Shown here piece by piece: positions 16,906 to 24,822 of a stretch of 25,000 nucleotides of DNA. A program made the translations under genes and the position numbers. The DNA comes from Phycisphaerales bacterium (GTDB lineage Bacteria > Planctomycetota > Phycisphaerae > Phycisphaerales > SM1A02): the NCBI GenBank assembly GCA_029248335.1, contig JAQWJM010000050.1, positions 1 to 25,000 of the forward strand, written 5' to 3'. Position 1 is the first letter of the stretch. Every line of letters starts with the position of its first letter. The notes below the pieces were generated by a model. It saw only the letters and a program-made list of their open reading frames with translations. It ran no database searches and was not told the DNA's origin.

Positions 16906-19900
16906 CTAGGAGCCGTCGCCCGCCGATGCGACGTTCACCTTCGATTCGAAACCGGCATTCGCCGTCTCCGAGGACCGACCGGGATCGGCACTCGATCCGG
17001 GCTCGGTCTCGTCACCGCGAGCGACCGTGGAGATCCTCACGCGGAGGCCTTCGGGCGGCGTGCACTGGCCGGACGGATTGGACCCCCAGCCGACGACCGA
17101 GCCGTCCGACAGGAGAGCGATCGTGTGGTCGCCGCCCGCGGCCACGCTCGCCACCGGATTCTCCGGCGTGCCGATCCCCGGAGGGACGTCGCACTGACCG
17201 TAGTTGTTCCCGCCCCAACACGCGACCGAGCCGTTCGCGAGCACGGCCACGGTGTGGTTGTCTCCCGCCGACACGGTCGCGACGGGGTTCTCCGGCGTGC
17301 CGATCCCGTCCGGAACATCGCACTGACCGGGTCCGTTGTAACCCCAGCAGACGATCGAGCCGTTCAACAGCACGGCGACGGTGTGGGAACTTCCGGCCGC
17401 CACGTTCGAGACCGGATTCTCCGGAGTCCCGATTCCGCTCGGGACGTCGCACTGGCCGATGAGGTTGTTCCCCCAGCAGACGACGGAACCGTCCGCCAGC
17501 AGCGCGACGGTGTGGCGGGTACCCACGGCGACTCGATCCACGGGATTCTCAGACGTGCCGACCCCCTCCGGAACGTCGCACTGGCCGGAGCCGTTGAAGC
17601 CCCAGCAGACCACCGAACCGTCCGCAAGCAACGCGACGGTGTGGAAGTAGCCCGCGGCCGCGCTCGCGACCGGGTTCTTCGCCGTGCCGACCTGGATCGG
17701 CACGTCGCACTGGCCGTCGTTGTTGCCGCCCCAGCAGGTGACCGAACCGTCCGCGGACACCGCCACGGAATGGGAGCCGCCCGCCGCCACCTTCATCACG
17801 GCGTTGTCGTTCGAGCCGATTCCTTCGGGGACGTCGCACTGGCCGTCCTGGTTGCCGCCCCAGCACGCGATCGTGCCGTCTTCGACGACGGTCACGGTGT
17901 GCACGCCACCGGCGGAGATCCGACCGATGTTGGCGGTGATCCGTTCGTGGCCGGCATCGAGACGGGCCGCTTCGATCTTGGCCGCTTCGAAACGCCGATC
18001 CAGCACGATCTTCGTCAACGCCGCCCGGCGATCATCGAGATTCGTCTTCGCGGCGAGTCGCGCGACGTCGGCGAGCTCGAACTTCAATCGCGAAAGGTCG
18101 CACTGTCCCTCGTTGTTACCGCCCCAGCTGGAGACCGAGCCGTCGGCCAGCACCGCGATGGTGTGGGCACCACCGGCGATGACGCTCGCCACCGGACGAT
18201 CCGGCGTGCCGATCTCGACCGGAATCGTGCACTGGCCCGAGTTGTCTCGTCCCCACGCCGCGAGCGAGCCGTCCATGAGCAGGGCGACGGTGTGATCGTC
18301 ACCCGCGGTCACGCTCGCGACCGGATTCTTCGCGGTGCCGACCTTCGTCGGGACGTCGCACTGGCCGTGCTCGTTGTCACCCCAGCAGACGACCGAACCG
18401 TCCGCGAGGACCGCGACCGAGTGCTCCGCGCCCGCGATCACGTTCGCGACGGGATTTCGAGGCGTGCCGATGTCGACCGGCACATCGCACTGCCGAGCCG
18501 TGTTGCGTCCCCAGCAGGCCACCGAACCATCCGCGAGCACCGCGATGGTGTGGTCATCGCCCGCGGCCACGCTCGCGACCGTGTTCTCCCCCACTCCGAT
18601 TCCTTCCGGAACGTCGCACTGTCCATCGACGTTCTGCCCCCAGCAGGCGACGGAACCGTCCTTGAGCATCGCCACGGTGTGATAGCGGCCGGGAACCACG
18701 CTTGCGACCGGATTCTCCAGCGTGCCGATTCCCTCCGGCACCTCGCACTGGCCGTGGTCGTTGTATCCCCAGCAGGCCACCGAGCCGTCCGCGAGCAGGG
18801 CGACGGTGTGATGGCGGCCCGGTTCGACGCTCAAGACGGGATTCTCCGGCGTCCCGATTCCGCGTGGAATCTTTCGTTCGCCGAAGTAGTTGAAGCCCCA
18901 GCAGCCCTTCGGACCGAGCGAGCCGTCGGAAAGAACCGCGACCGTGATATCCCCGCCGGCGGCGATCGACCGCACGGGAAGCGGCATGAACCACCAGAAC
19001 GCGAACGTACCGATCGCCGCGAGCGTGGTGACGAAGGCGACCGATCGGCCGACACGACGCCGCCTCAGCGCCGCGACGTGGCGGGCGTTCCCGACGGTCC
19101 GGCGATGCGCTTCCAGCGCCTGCGACCATCGCTTGCGATTCGTCAACGCGATCTTGCGCAGTTCGATCGCGCCCGCCCGCGCTTCCTCCCACGCCAGCGC
19201 CGTCACGTGCAGATCGACCTGATCCATGAGGTCCGATTGCCGCGTCATTCCGTCGCTCAGGGCCGGGTTCCGTTCGCCACCGGAACCGATCTCCTTGATC
19301 AATCCCCTGGTATCGGCGACGATCACGTCGATCTCCGGACGCAGTCCCAGGTACTCCTGCCGCGCCTTCGAGGTCTTCCGAATCCAGGCGCAGTGCTTGT
19401 CCACGAGGCCGCGAACGGATCTCGTCGTGGACAGCACGCCCATCCAGTCACCTGCTTGCGTCTGAGCTTTCACCCGGGCGTCGAGGCTGATCCGCTTCGC
19501 CCGGAACTCCTCGAACCGCGATCGGCCGCCCAGCGCGGTCTCCGTCTCGCAGGAGATCAGTTCCTCGTCGAGATGGGCGATCTGCGCACGGACCTTCATG
19601 ACCTTCCGATGGACGGTGAGCACGCCCTCGGACCAGGCGACGTGTGATTCGATCAGATCACGCAACGTCGACAGCGTCGCTTCCGCCTTTATCCACTCGC
19701 CCTCGCCGATCTGACGCGAGAGATCCTCGTCCAGCTTCGCTCGCCCGGAACGGAACTCCCGGGTCTTGGCCACTTCGCTCAGATCGACTCGAAGATCGAT
19801 CTCCGCGATTCGGGCGTCGCATTCCTTGATCTCTTCGCGAAGCGTCTCGGTTCGCTGTCGAATGTCCGAGATCTGTCTCAGACGCGACCGTTGTGCTTCG

Positions 19901-21504
19901 GCCTGGGTGTGGAGATCACTGGCGGTGGCTCGTGCCTCGAGCCACGCCTGCGAGGTCATCTCCGTCTCCAGTCGATCCTTCAATTCAACGCGATTCGACC
20001 GATACGCCACGATCTTCGGATCGGAATCGTGATCCGACTCGCTCTCGAGCGAACCGAGGTCACCATCGATCCGATCGACGTCGGCGATGAAACGAATCAC
20101 TTCCTCGCGGGCCGTGCGCAGCGAACGCACCCACTTCCGATGCGTCGACACCGGCTCGATGATGGCCTTTGCGGTCTGACACGCGGACGACCAGTCCAGG
20201 GCACCGACTTCCTTCTCGAGACGTCGATCGAGCTCCGTACGATTCGTCTTGTAGGCCTGCGAACGAGGCAGTTCATGCAGATCAAGTCCCACGCGATCCG
20301 CATTCAGCCCCTTGTCGATCTCCAGAATGTCCGCCCGCAGTCGCCGGAAGGCGTCATAGGGCGCGCGTGCCGACTGGATCTCTTCGTAGAGTCCGCACGC
20401 CCGCTCGAGAATCGCCGCCGCATCCGACCAGAGCCGGCCGAGCTTGTTCTCCTTCGCCGACTCGAGAAAATGACCAGCTCGCTCGAATTTCGCCATATAG
20501 GCCTGCGGAAGCGGCTCGCCTTCCTCCAGGACCCGCTTCGCCTCGCGACCCAGGATCCGCACCCGACTCTCGAGATCCACGAGATCGGCGGCGCTGCGAG
20601 GCGACCCATCCGAAGGCTGGGGCGAGGCGCTGCGGGCGGTCTTCGGCCGGGGAGCGGCGGCGCTTCCCTCGAACTGGAAGAACGCCTTGCACGACCTCGG
20701 TCGATCGGCGGGATCCTTCGAGAGGCCATTCATCAGGAGTTCCGAGATCTCCAGCCCCTCGAGCTCGCGAGGCATGTCCGGAATCTCCTCGAGGATCTGG
20801 TGCCGAAGGTCGCCACGACTGAACGGTGGCTCGCCCGAGAGGCACTCCCACATCGTCGCCGCGAGGCTGTAGATGTCCTGCGCCGCGGCGGGTTTTCGTC
20901 CCCGAAGCTGTTCCGGCGACATGTAGGGCAGCGTCCCGGAGTTCGACTCCCGGCCCGTCAACAACGTCGAAGTCTCCTTCGCCTCTCGCGCGATTCCGAA
21001 ATCCATGATGAGCGGCGTGCCGTCGTCACGGATCATGATGTTCGAGGGCTTCACGTCGCGATGGATCACACCGCGACGGTGCGCGTAGTCGAGCGCCTCG
21101 CCGATCGGGCCGAAGACCCGGACCACTTCGGATTCGTCCATCCGGTCGCGGTCCACGAGGATCTCCTCGATCGACTGCCCGTCGACGTGATCCATGACGA
21201 GGAAAGGCTGGCCTGAATCCATCTCCTCGAAGCCACGCACCGTCACGACGTTCGGGTGCGAGAGCTCCATGGCGTGGAGCGCTTCTCGCTTCAATCCGGC
21301 GATCGCCCGCTTGTTCGCCGCGAGAAACGAGGGAAGCAGTTTCACCGCGAACAGACGGTCGTCGAGCTTGAGATCCTCGACCAGATGCACTTCGCCCATT
21401 CCGCCGGCGCCGAGACGGCGGACCACGCGATACCGACCGGCAAGCAACGGGTGCTTGCCTTCGGGAATCGTCTGGCCGAACTGGTCGGGAGCGGGGGCGG
21501 ACAT
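16906..21504 (-). CDS. Receptor-type Ser/Thr protein kinase (1532 aa): kinase domain, ~6 helical ~80-aa repeats, one TM helix, two 7-bladed RCC1-like beta-propellers
   Basis: Kinase motifs are GAGGMGEV (Gly loop), AVKLL (VAIK), HRDVKPSN, DFGIA and SPE. The TM helix is VAFVTTLAAIGTFAFWWFMPLPV. The RCC1 unit HTVALLADGSVxCWGxNxxGQCDVP occurs 14 times. The most plausible start is the Met 20 codons inside the longest ORF (MSAPAPDQ...). Confidence 0.9.
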   Translation of the reverse strand: MSAPAPDQFGQTIPEGKHPLLAGRYRVVRRLGAGGMGEVHLVEDLKLDDRLFAVKLLPSFLAANKRAIAGLKREALHAMELSHPNVVTVRGFEEMDSGQPFLVMDHVDGQSIEEILVDRDRMDESEVVRVFGPIGEALDYAHRRGVIHRDVKPSNIMIRDDGTPLIMDFGIAREAKETSTLLTGRESNSGTLPYMSPEQLRGRKPAAAQDIYSLAATMWECLSGEPPFSRGDLRHQILEEIPDMPRELEGLEISELLMNGLSKDPADRPRSCKAFFQFEGSAAAPRPKTARSASPQPSDGSPRSAADLVDLESRVRILGREAKRVLEEGEPLPQAYMAKFERAGHFLESAKENKLGRLWSDAAAILERACGLYEEIQSARAPYDAFRRLRADILEIDKGLNADRVGLDLHELPRSQAYKTNRTELDRRLEKEVGALDWSSACQTAKAIIEPVSTHRKWVRSLRTAREEVIRFIADVDRIDGDLGSLESESDHDSDPKIVAYRSNRVELKDRLETEMTSQAWLEARATASDLHTQAEAQRSRLRQISDIRQRTETLREEIKECDARIAEIDLRVDLSEVAKTREFRSGRAKLDEDLSRQIGEGEWIKAEATLSTLRDLIESHVAWSEGVLTVHRKVMKVRAQIAHLDEELISCETETALGGRSRFEEFRAKRISLDARVKAQTQAGDWMGVLSTTRSVRGLVDKHCAWIRKTSKARQEYLGLRPEIDVIVADTRGLIKEIGSGGERNPALSDGMTRQSDLMDQVDLHVTALAWEEARAGAIELRKIALTNRKRWSQALEAHRRTVGNARHVAALRRRRVGRSVAFVTTLAAIGTFAFWWFMPLPVRSIAAGGDITVAVLSDGSLGPKGCWGFNYFGERKIPRGIGTPENPVLSVEPGRHHTVALLADGSVACWGYNDHGQCEVPEGIGTLENPVASVVPGRYHTVAMLKDGSVACWGQNVDGQCDVPEGIGVGENTVASVAAGDDHTIAVLADGSVACWGRNTARQCDVPVDIGTPRNPVANVIAGAEHSVAVLADGSVVCWGDNEHGQCDVPTKVGTAKNPVASVTAGDDHTVALLMDGSLAAWGRDNSGQCTIPVEIGTPDRPVASVIAGGAHTIAVLADGSVSSWGGNNEGQCDLSRLKFELADVARLAAKTNLDDRRAALTKIVLDRRFEAAKIEAARLDAGHERITANIGRISAGGVHTVTVVEDGTIACWGGNQDGQCDVPEGIGSNDNAVMKVAAGGSHSVAVSADGSVTCWGGNNDGQCDVPIQVGTAKNPVASAAAGYFHTVALLADGSVVCWGFNGSGQCDVPEGVGTSENPVDRVAVGTRHTVALLADGSVVCWGNNLIGQCDVPSGIGTPENPVSNVAAGSSHTVAVLLNGSIVCWGYNGPGQCDVPDGIGTPENPVATVSAGDNHTVAVLANGSVACWGGNNYGQCDVPPGIGTPENPVASVAAGGDHTIALLSDGSVVGWGSNPSGQCTPPEGLRVRISTVARGDETEPGSSADPGRSSETANAGFESKVNVASAGDGS
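17052..18972. repeat. Tandem ~130-bp coding repeats (14 RCC1-like blades in two blocks, split by a ~55-aa helical insert at ~17922..18084)
   Basis: The antisense motif gtcgcactggcc (GQCD) recurs every ~129-132 nt. Other-frame ORFs repeat peptides such as GTSHWP and QQTTEPSA. Confidence 0.7.
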
Positions 21505-21779
21505 CAACAGACTCTTACGAAGGAACGTGTGCGAATTCCAGCAGTTCCCCCGAACCACAAACACTGCGCCCCTCGATCTTAACGACAGAAACGTGCGAAA
21601 GCCTCATGGAAAAACAAACCGCCAAACACCGCCATAAACCGCCAGTGACCGCAAGTCGTCGGCGTGACTTTTGCGCTTCAAAGCATCATCCGTTTATTCG
21701 GACTCCACGCTCGCGCGCATGCATCGCGGCACGACGCCGCCGCCATCACGTTGATGACGCATGAAGAACGCACCACCCC

Positions 21780-21818
21780 CTCGATCGACATGCGACCGAG
21801 GGGGTGGTGTTTCAAATC
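21780..21818. terminator. 13-bp perfect-stem hairpin (caccaccccctcg ... cgagggggtggtg, 13-nt loop) between the cyclophilin and kinase genes; candidate intrinsic terminator
   Basis: Read in the sequence. It lies in a lower-GC A-rich spacer 21505..21842. The plus-strand side is followed by TTTCAAAT, the minus-strand side by CGTTCTTC. Confidence 0.45.
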
Positions 21819-21842
21819 CTGCGCAGAACGAGTCGAGTCCGC

Positions 21843-22346
21843 TCAGGCGGTCTCGACGGCCTTGATGCCACCGGTCATGCGAGGCATCTCGCCTTCGGGG
21901 AAACCGTTGCCGTCCTTCTTGACGCCCGCGATCGCCTCGACCACGTCCATGCCGTCGATCACCTTGCCGAAGGCGGTGTACTCACCGTCGAGGTGCTGGC
22001 AGCCGCCGCGGCTCAGGCAGATGAAGAACTGGCTGCCCGCGCTGTTGGGATCCGCGGAGCGGGCCATCGACAGGACGCCTTCCTCGTGCTGCTTGTCGTT
22101 GAACTCGGCGTTGACGTTGTAGCCGGGGCCGCCGGTGCCGGGCATCCCGTTCGCGCCTTCCTTGGTGTTCGGGCATCCGCCCTGGATCACGAAGTTGTCG
22201 AGGATCCGGTGGAAACCGAGACCGTCGTAGAAGCCCTTCGCACCGAGGTCGAGCATGTTCTTGACGTGATTGGGCGCCACGTCGTCCCACAGCTCGACGG
22301 TGATGGTGCCCTTGTCGGTTTCGATGATTGCCTGGGGGTAGGCCAC
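21843..22346 (-). CDS. ppiB: Peptidyl-prolyl cis-trans isomerase, cyclophilin type (PpiB-like, 168 aa)
   Basis: FHRILDNFVIQGGCP, SMARSADPNSAGSQFFICL and GEYTAFGKVIDGMDVV are cyclophilin motifs. The preferred start is GTG 22346 (MAYPQAIIETDKG) with GGAGA 8 nt upstream. The longer ORF to 22601 adds an unlikely Arg/Pro-rich leader. Confidence 0.85.
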   Translation of the reverse strand: MAYPQAIIETDKGTITVELWDDVAPNHVKNMLDLGAKGFYDGLGFHRILDNFVIQGGCPNTKEGANGMPGTGGPGYNVNAEFNDKQHEEGVLSMARSADPNSAGSQFFICLSRGGCQHLDGEYTAFGKVIDGMDVVEAIAGVKKDGNGFPEGEMPRMTGGIKAVETA

Positions 22347-22444
22347 GGCGGTCTCCAGATACGGGTTTGAAAATGCGAGCGGAAAGGATATCAGGACGGA
22401 CGAGCCGTCCGGCGGCGGATGAAGGGGAATCCCTCCAGACCCCG

Positions 22445-23425
22445 TCAGGGACCGATGCTTCGGCCTTCGGTCGGCGTGCGAACCGCGGTCGGAAGCAGGT
22501 AGTTGCGGCCCTGATACATGGTGACGACCCCGCTCAGGAGCACCGCGGAGCCGACGCCGGCCTGCCGGGTCCGGCGGATCAGCCGTTCGAGTTCGAGACA
22601 AGGCAGCAACTGGACGCTCGATCCACCGCCCTGACGACCGGTGCCCTCCAGCACGAATCTCCAGATCCCGCTCGCCGGGTCGCGAACCACCCGGCCTCGT
22701 CGCTGCACGAAACGCGTCCCCGCCTTCAACGCGGCGGGCTCGGTGGGCGGCGCCGCCAGCACGTCGAGGCTTCGAGGAACCGCACCGATCCGCGACTCCA
22801 GTCGCGACTCGATCTCCGAAGCGTAATCACGCTCCTCGAGCGGATCCGAACCATCGGGATCGGTCGCGGTCTCCGACGTCGCCGCGGCTGGAACGGTCTG
22901 ATCGACCGGTTCGTTCCCGGTCGCATCCTCGTCGGTTCGACGGACCGGCACGATCGCGCCGGGAAGCAGGAAGTTCCTGCCTTGGAAGACGAGGACCTTC
23001 CCGGTCACCTCGTAGATCCCGGCGGTGGGATTGCCGCGCGCCGAAGCCGGCTGAACCGACTCCAACCGAACCAGGTCGTCGAGGCCTCGACTCGGGAGAA
23101 GAATCAACTCGCGACGGATGCCGCCGGTCGCGGTGGCGAGCGGTCGATAGACGTGGACGCCGAGCTCCGCGTCGCGTTCGATCTCCCCTTCGACCTTGAC
23201 CAGAAACCCACCCTCCCGAAGGAGTGGCGGCCGTCCGCCCCGGTCGACGTCATCGGGAATGACCACGCGCCTCGTGGGTGCGGTGATCCTCGAGTCGTCG
23301 GAGGGGGGCGTGGCGTCGGGATCCTGTCCCACGACGGGTGTCGCGAGACCGCATGCGAGCAGGGCCGGCAACGCGGCCGCGAGGAGTCCGAAGGGTCGAG
23401 ACTGAGGAGATCGCATCGTGCTCAT
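22445..23425 (-). CDS. Hypothetical secreted protein (possible lipoprotein) with an internal duplication
   Basis: It begins with a signal peptide and LLAC (MSTMRSPQSRPFGLLAAALPALLACG). Two related segments (VTGKVLVFQGRNFLLPGAIVPV and VLLSGVVTMYQGRNYLLPTAVRT) each follow G-rich or acidic linkers. Third positions are GC-biased. Confidence 0.55.
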   Translation of the reverse strand: MSTMRSPQSRPFGLLAAALPALLACGLATPVVGQDPDATPPSDDSRITAPTRRVVIPDDVDRGGRPPLLREGGFLVKVEGEIERDAELGVHVYRPLATATGGIRRELILLPSRGLDDLVRLESVQPASARGNPTAGIYEVTGKVLVFQGRNFLLPGAIVPVRRTDEDATGNEPVDQTVPAAATSETATDPDGSDPLEERDYASEIESRLESRIGAVPRSLDVLAAPPTEPAALKAGTRFVQRRGRVVRDPASGIWRFVLEGTGRQGGGSSVQLLPCLELERLIRRTRQAGVGSAVLLSGVVTMYQGRNYLLPTAVRTPTEGRSIGP

Positions 23426-23574
23426 GCGATGAATGCTACGCCGAATCGACTCCGCCCAGCACCGCTCCGGGCCCGGTTCGCTTCCCGGAGAACGCCAGGA
23501 CGCTCTTTCGGCGAAATCGAAGATTTGAAAGAGGCGATCGGCGACCCGCCACCCGATATATACTCTCGAGCCCT

Positions 23575-23648
23575 GGCCGAGTACCCAAGTGGACTAAGGG
23601 AACGGATTGCAAATCCGTGATTCGTGGGTTCGAATCCCACCTCGGCCT
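23575..23648 (+). tRNA. tRNA-Cys (anticodon GCA)
   Basis: Folded by hand. The acceptor stem GGCCGAG/CTCGGCC closes and the discriminator is T. The anticodon stem ACGGA/TCCGT carries loop TTGCAAA, and the T arm GTGGG-TTCGAAT-CCCAC carries the canonical TTCGAAT loop. No CCA is encoded. TATACT lies 11 nt upstream. Confidence 0.85.
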
Positions 23649-23654
23649 TTGAAC

Positions 23655-23680
23655 GACGCCCGCCTGCCCCGGCGGGCGTC
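23655..23680 (+). terminator. Rho-independent terminator hairpin after tRNA-Cys (GACGCCCGCC-tgcccc-GGCGGGCGTC, then GCTCATTTCAT)
   Basis: A 10-bp perfect GC-rich stem with a 6-nt loop is followed by a T-rich tract on the plus strand. It also sits just beyond the 3' end of the convergent minus-strand gene. Confidence 0.6.
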
Positions 23681-23748
23681 GCTCATTTCATGGCCGAATG
23701 CCTGGTGCAGTCACTTCGAACGTCTGCAATGGCACGTCGCGGCGAGCG

Positions 23749-24615
23749 TCACTGAACGATGCCCCAGCTTGCCAGCAGCAGGCCGAGGTCGCTTCCGTTC
23801 ACCACGCCATTCCGGTCGAGATCACCGTCGCAGTCCCCGCAGGGGCCCCAGTCGCCGATCTGAAGACCGAGGTCCGCGCCGTTCACGATTCCGTCACCGT
23901 TGATGTCCGCGGGCCTGGCCGGCTTCGGCCCCCACTCGACGATCAATCTCGGCAAGAGGGTCACTGCGGGATTCTCACGACTCGTGATCTTGCAGGCGGT
24001 CTTTTCGACGGATTCGTCCCCGATCAGGATCCAGCCATGGTTGGGCTCGCCTTCGATCCAGGACTGGACGTCGGCCGCGAGCCCCGGACCTTCGATGAAG
24101 TACGGCCCGGTTTCGGCGATCGCCGCCGACCCGCTCGCGTCGTCGACGTAATCCCCCCCGGGCGTCGTCCATGATTCGGTGGGGAAGAATCGATAGCCCC
24201 AGGTCGCATCACCCGTCGCCGCCGGGGCGCCACGTCCTCCGGGGGAGAACGACGAAGACTCACCCCAGTCGGCAAGGCTCCGATGGAAAGAGATCGGGGC
24301 GGGAAACACGCCATCCTGGGGACGCTGGATCACCTGGATCCGGACCTTGGCGGAGATCACGGCCGCGTCGGCCGGAATGCCGGACACGTCGAATCGGATC
24401 AATGAACGCAGGAACGTGTTCGCCTGGACCGGGTCCCCCGGATCGGTGCGTCGGCCGATGAAGAGGGCCGTTCCGGCGCCGGACGAGAGGTCGTCGGCGA
24501 TCGGGCCGAACATCGCGGTGTCCCGATCCGGGACCACCTCATACGTCTCGGCGACCGCGGGGGACGCCAAGGCGAGCGTGACCGAAACGGCCAGGGGAAC
24601 GAAGTCGGTTTTCAT
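23749..24615 (-). CDS. Secreted protein with a C-terminal dockerin-like double repeat
   Basis: The signal peptide is MKTDFVPLAVSVTLALASPAVAETY. The C-terminus has DINGDGIVNGADLGLQIGDWGPC and DLDRNGVVNGSDLGLLLASWG (two EF-hand-like dockerin segments). GGAG sits 10 nt upstream of the ATG. Confidence 0.7.
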   Translation of the reverse strand: MKTDFVPLAVSVTLALASPAVAETYEVVPDRDTAMFGPIADDLSSGAGTALFIGRRTDPGDPVQANTFLRSLIRFDVSGIPADAAVISAKVRIQVIQRPQDGVFPAPISFHRSLADWGESSSFSPGGRGAPAATGDATWGYRFFPTESWTTPGGDYVDDASGSAAIAETGPYFIEGPGLAADVQSWIEGEPNHGWILIGDESVEKTACKITSRENPAVTLLPRLIVEWGPKPARPADINGDGIVNGADLGLQIGDWGPCGDCDGDLDRNGVVNGSDLGLLLASWGIVQ

Positions 24616-24642
24616 CGGTCGAGGCTCCGGGTGGTCTTCATC

Positions 24643-24666
24643 TCTCGGTCTTGGTCTTGGTCTTGG
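24643..24666. repeat. Hexanucleotide microsatellite (TCTCGG)(TCTTGG)x3 in the 5' region of the dockerin-like gene
   Basis: Read in the sequence, 28..51 nt upstream of the ATG of the gene ending at 24615. Confidence 0.6.
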
Positions 24667-24822
24667 ACGAGACCACCACCCGAATTCAAGGGAAAGGCTC
24701 GGCTCGGCATGAATGTGGGGAGCGTTTCGGGCGCATCCCGGAACTGGAGTCGCCGCACGCCGGAGAAAGATTCAAATGACCCACGGAGGGCCCGGGACGG
24801 AGAACGCCTGACCGGGCGTCGC

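Noticed and set aside
16897-21216. Plus-strand ORFs 16897..19647 (916 aa) and 19891..21216 (441 aa) antisense to the kinase
   Set aside because: The kinase frame has every Hanks motif plus RCC1 repeats. The antisense ORFs are repetitive by-products of the repeat DNA.
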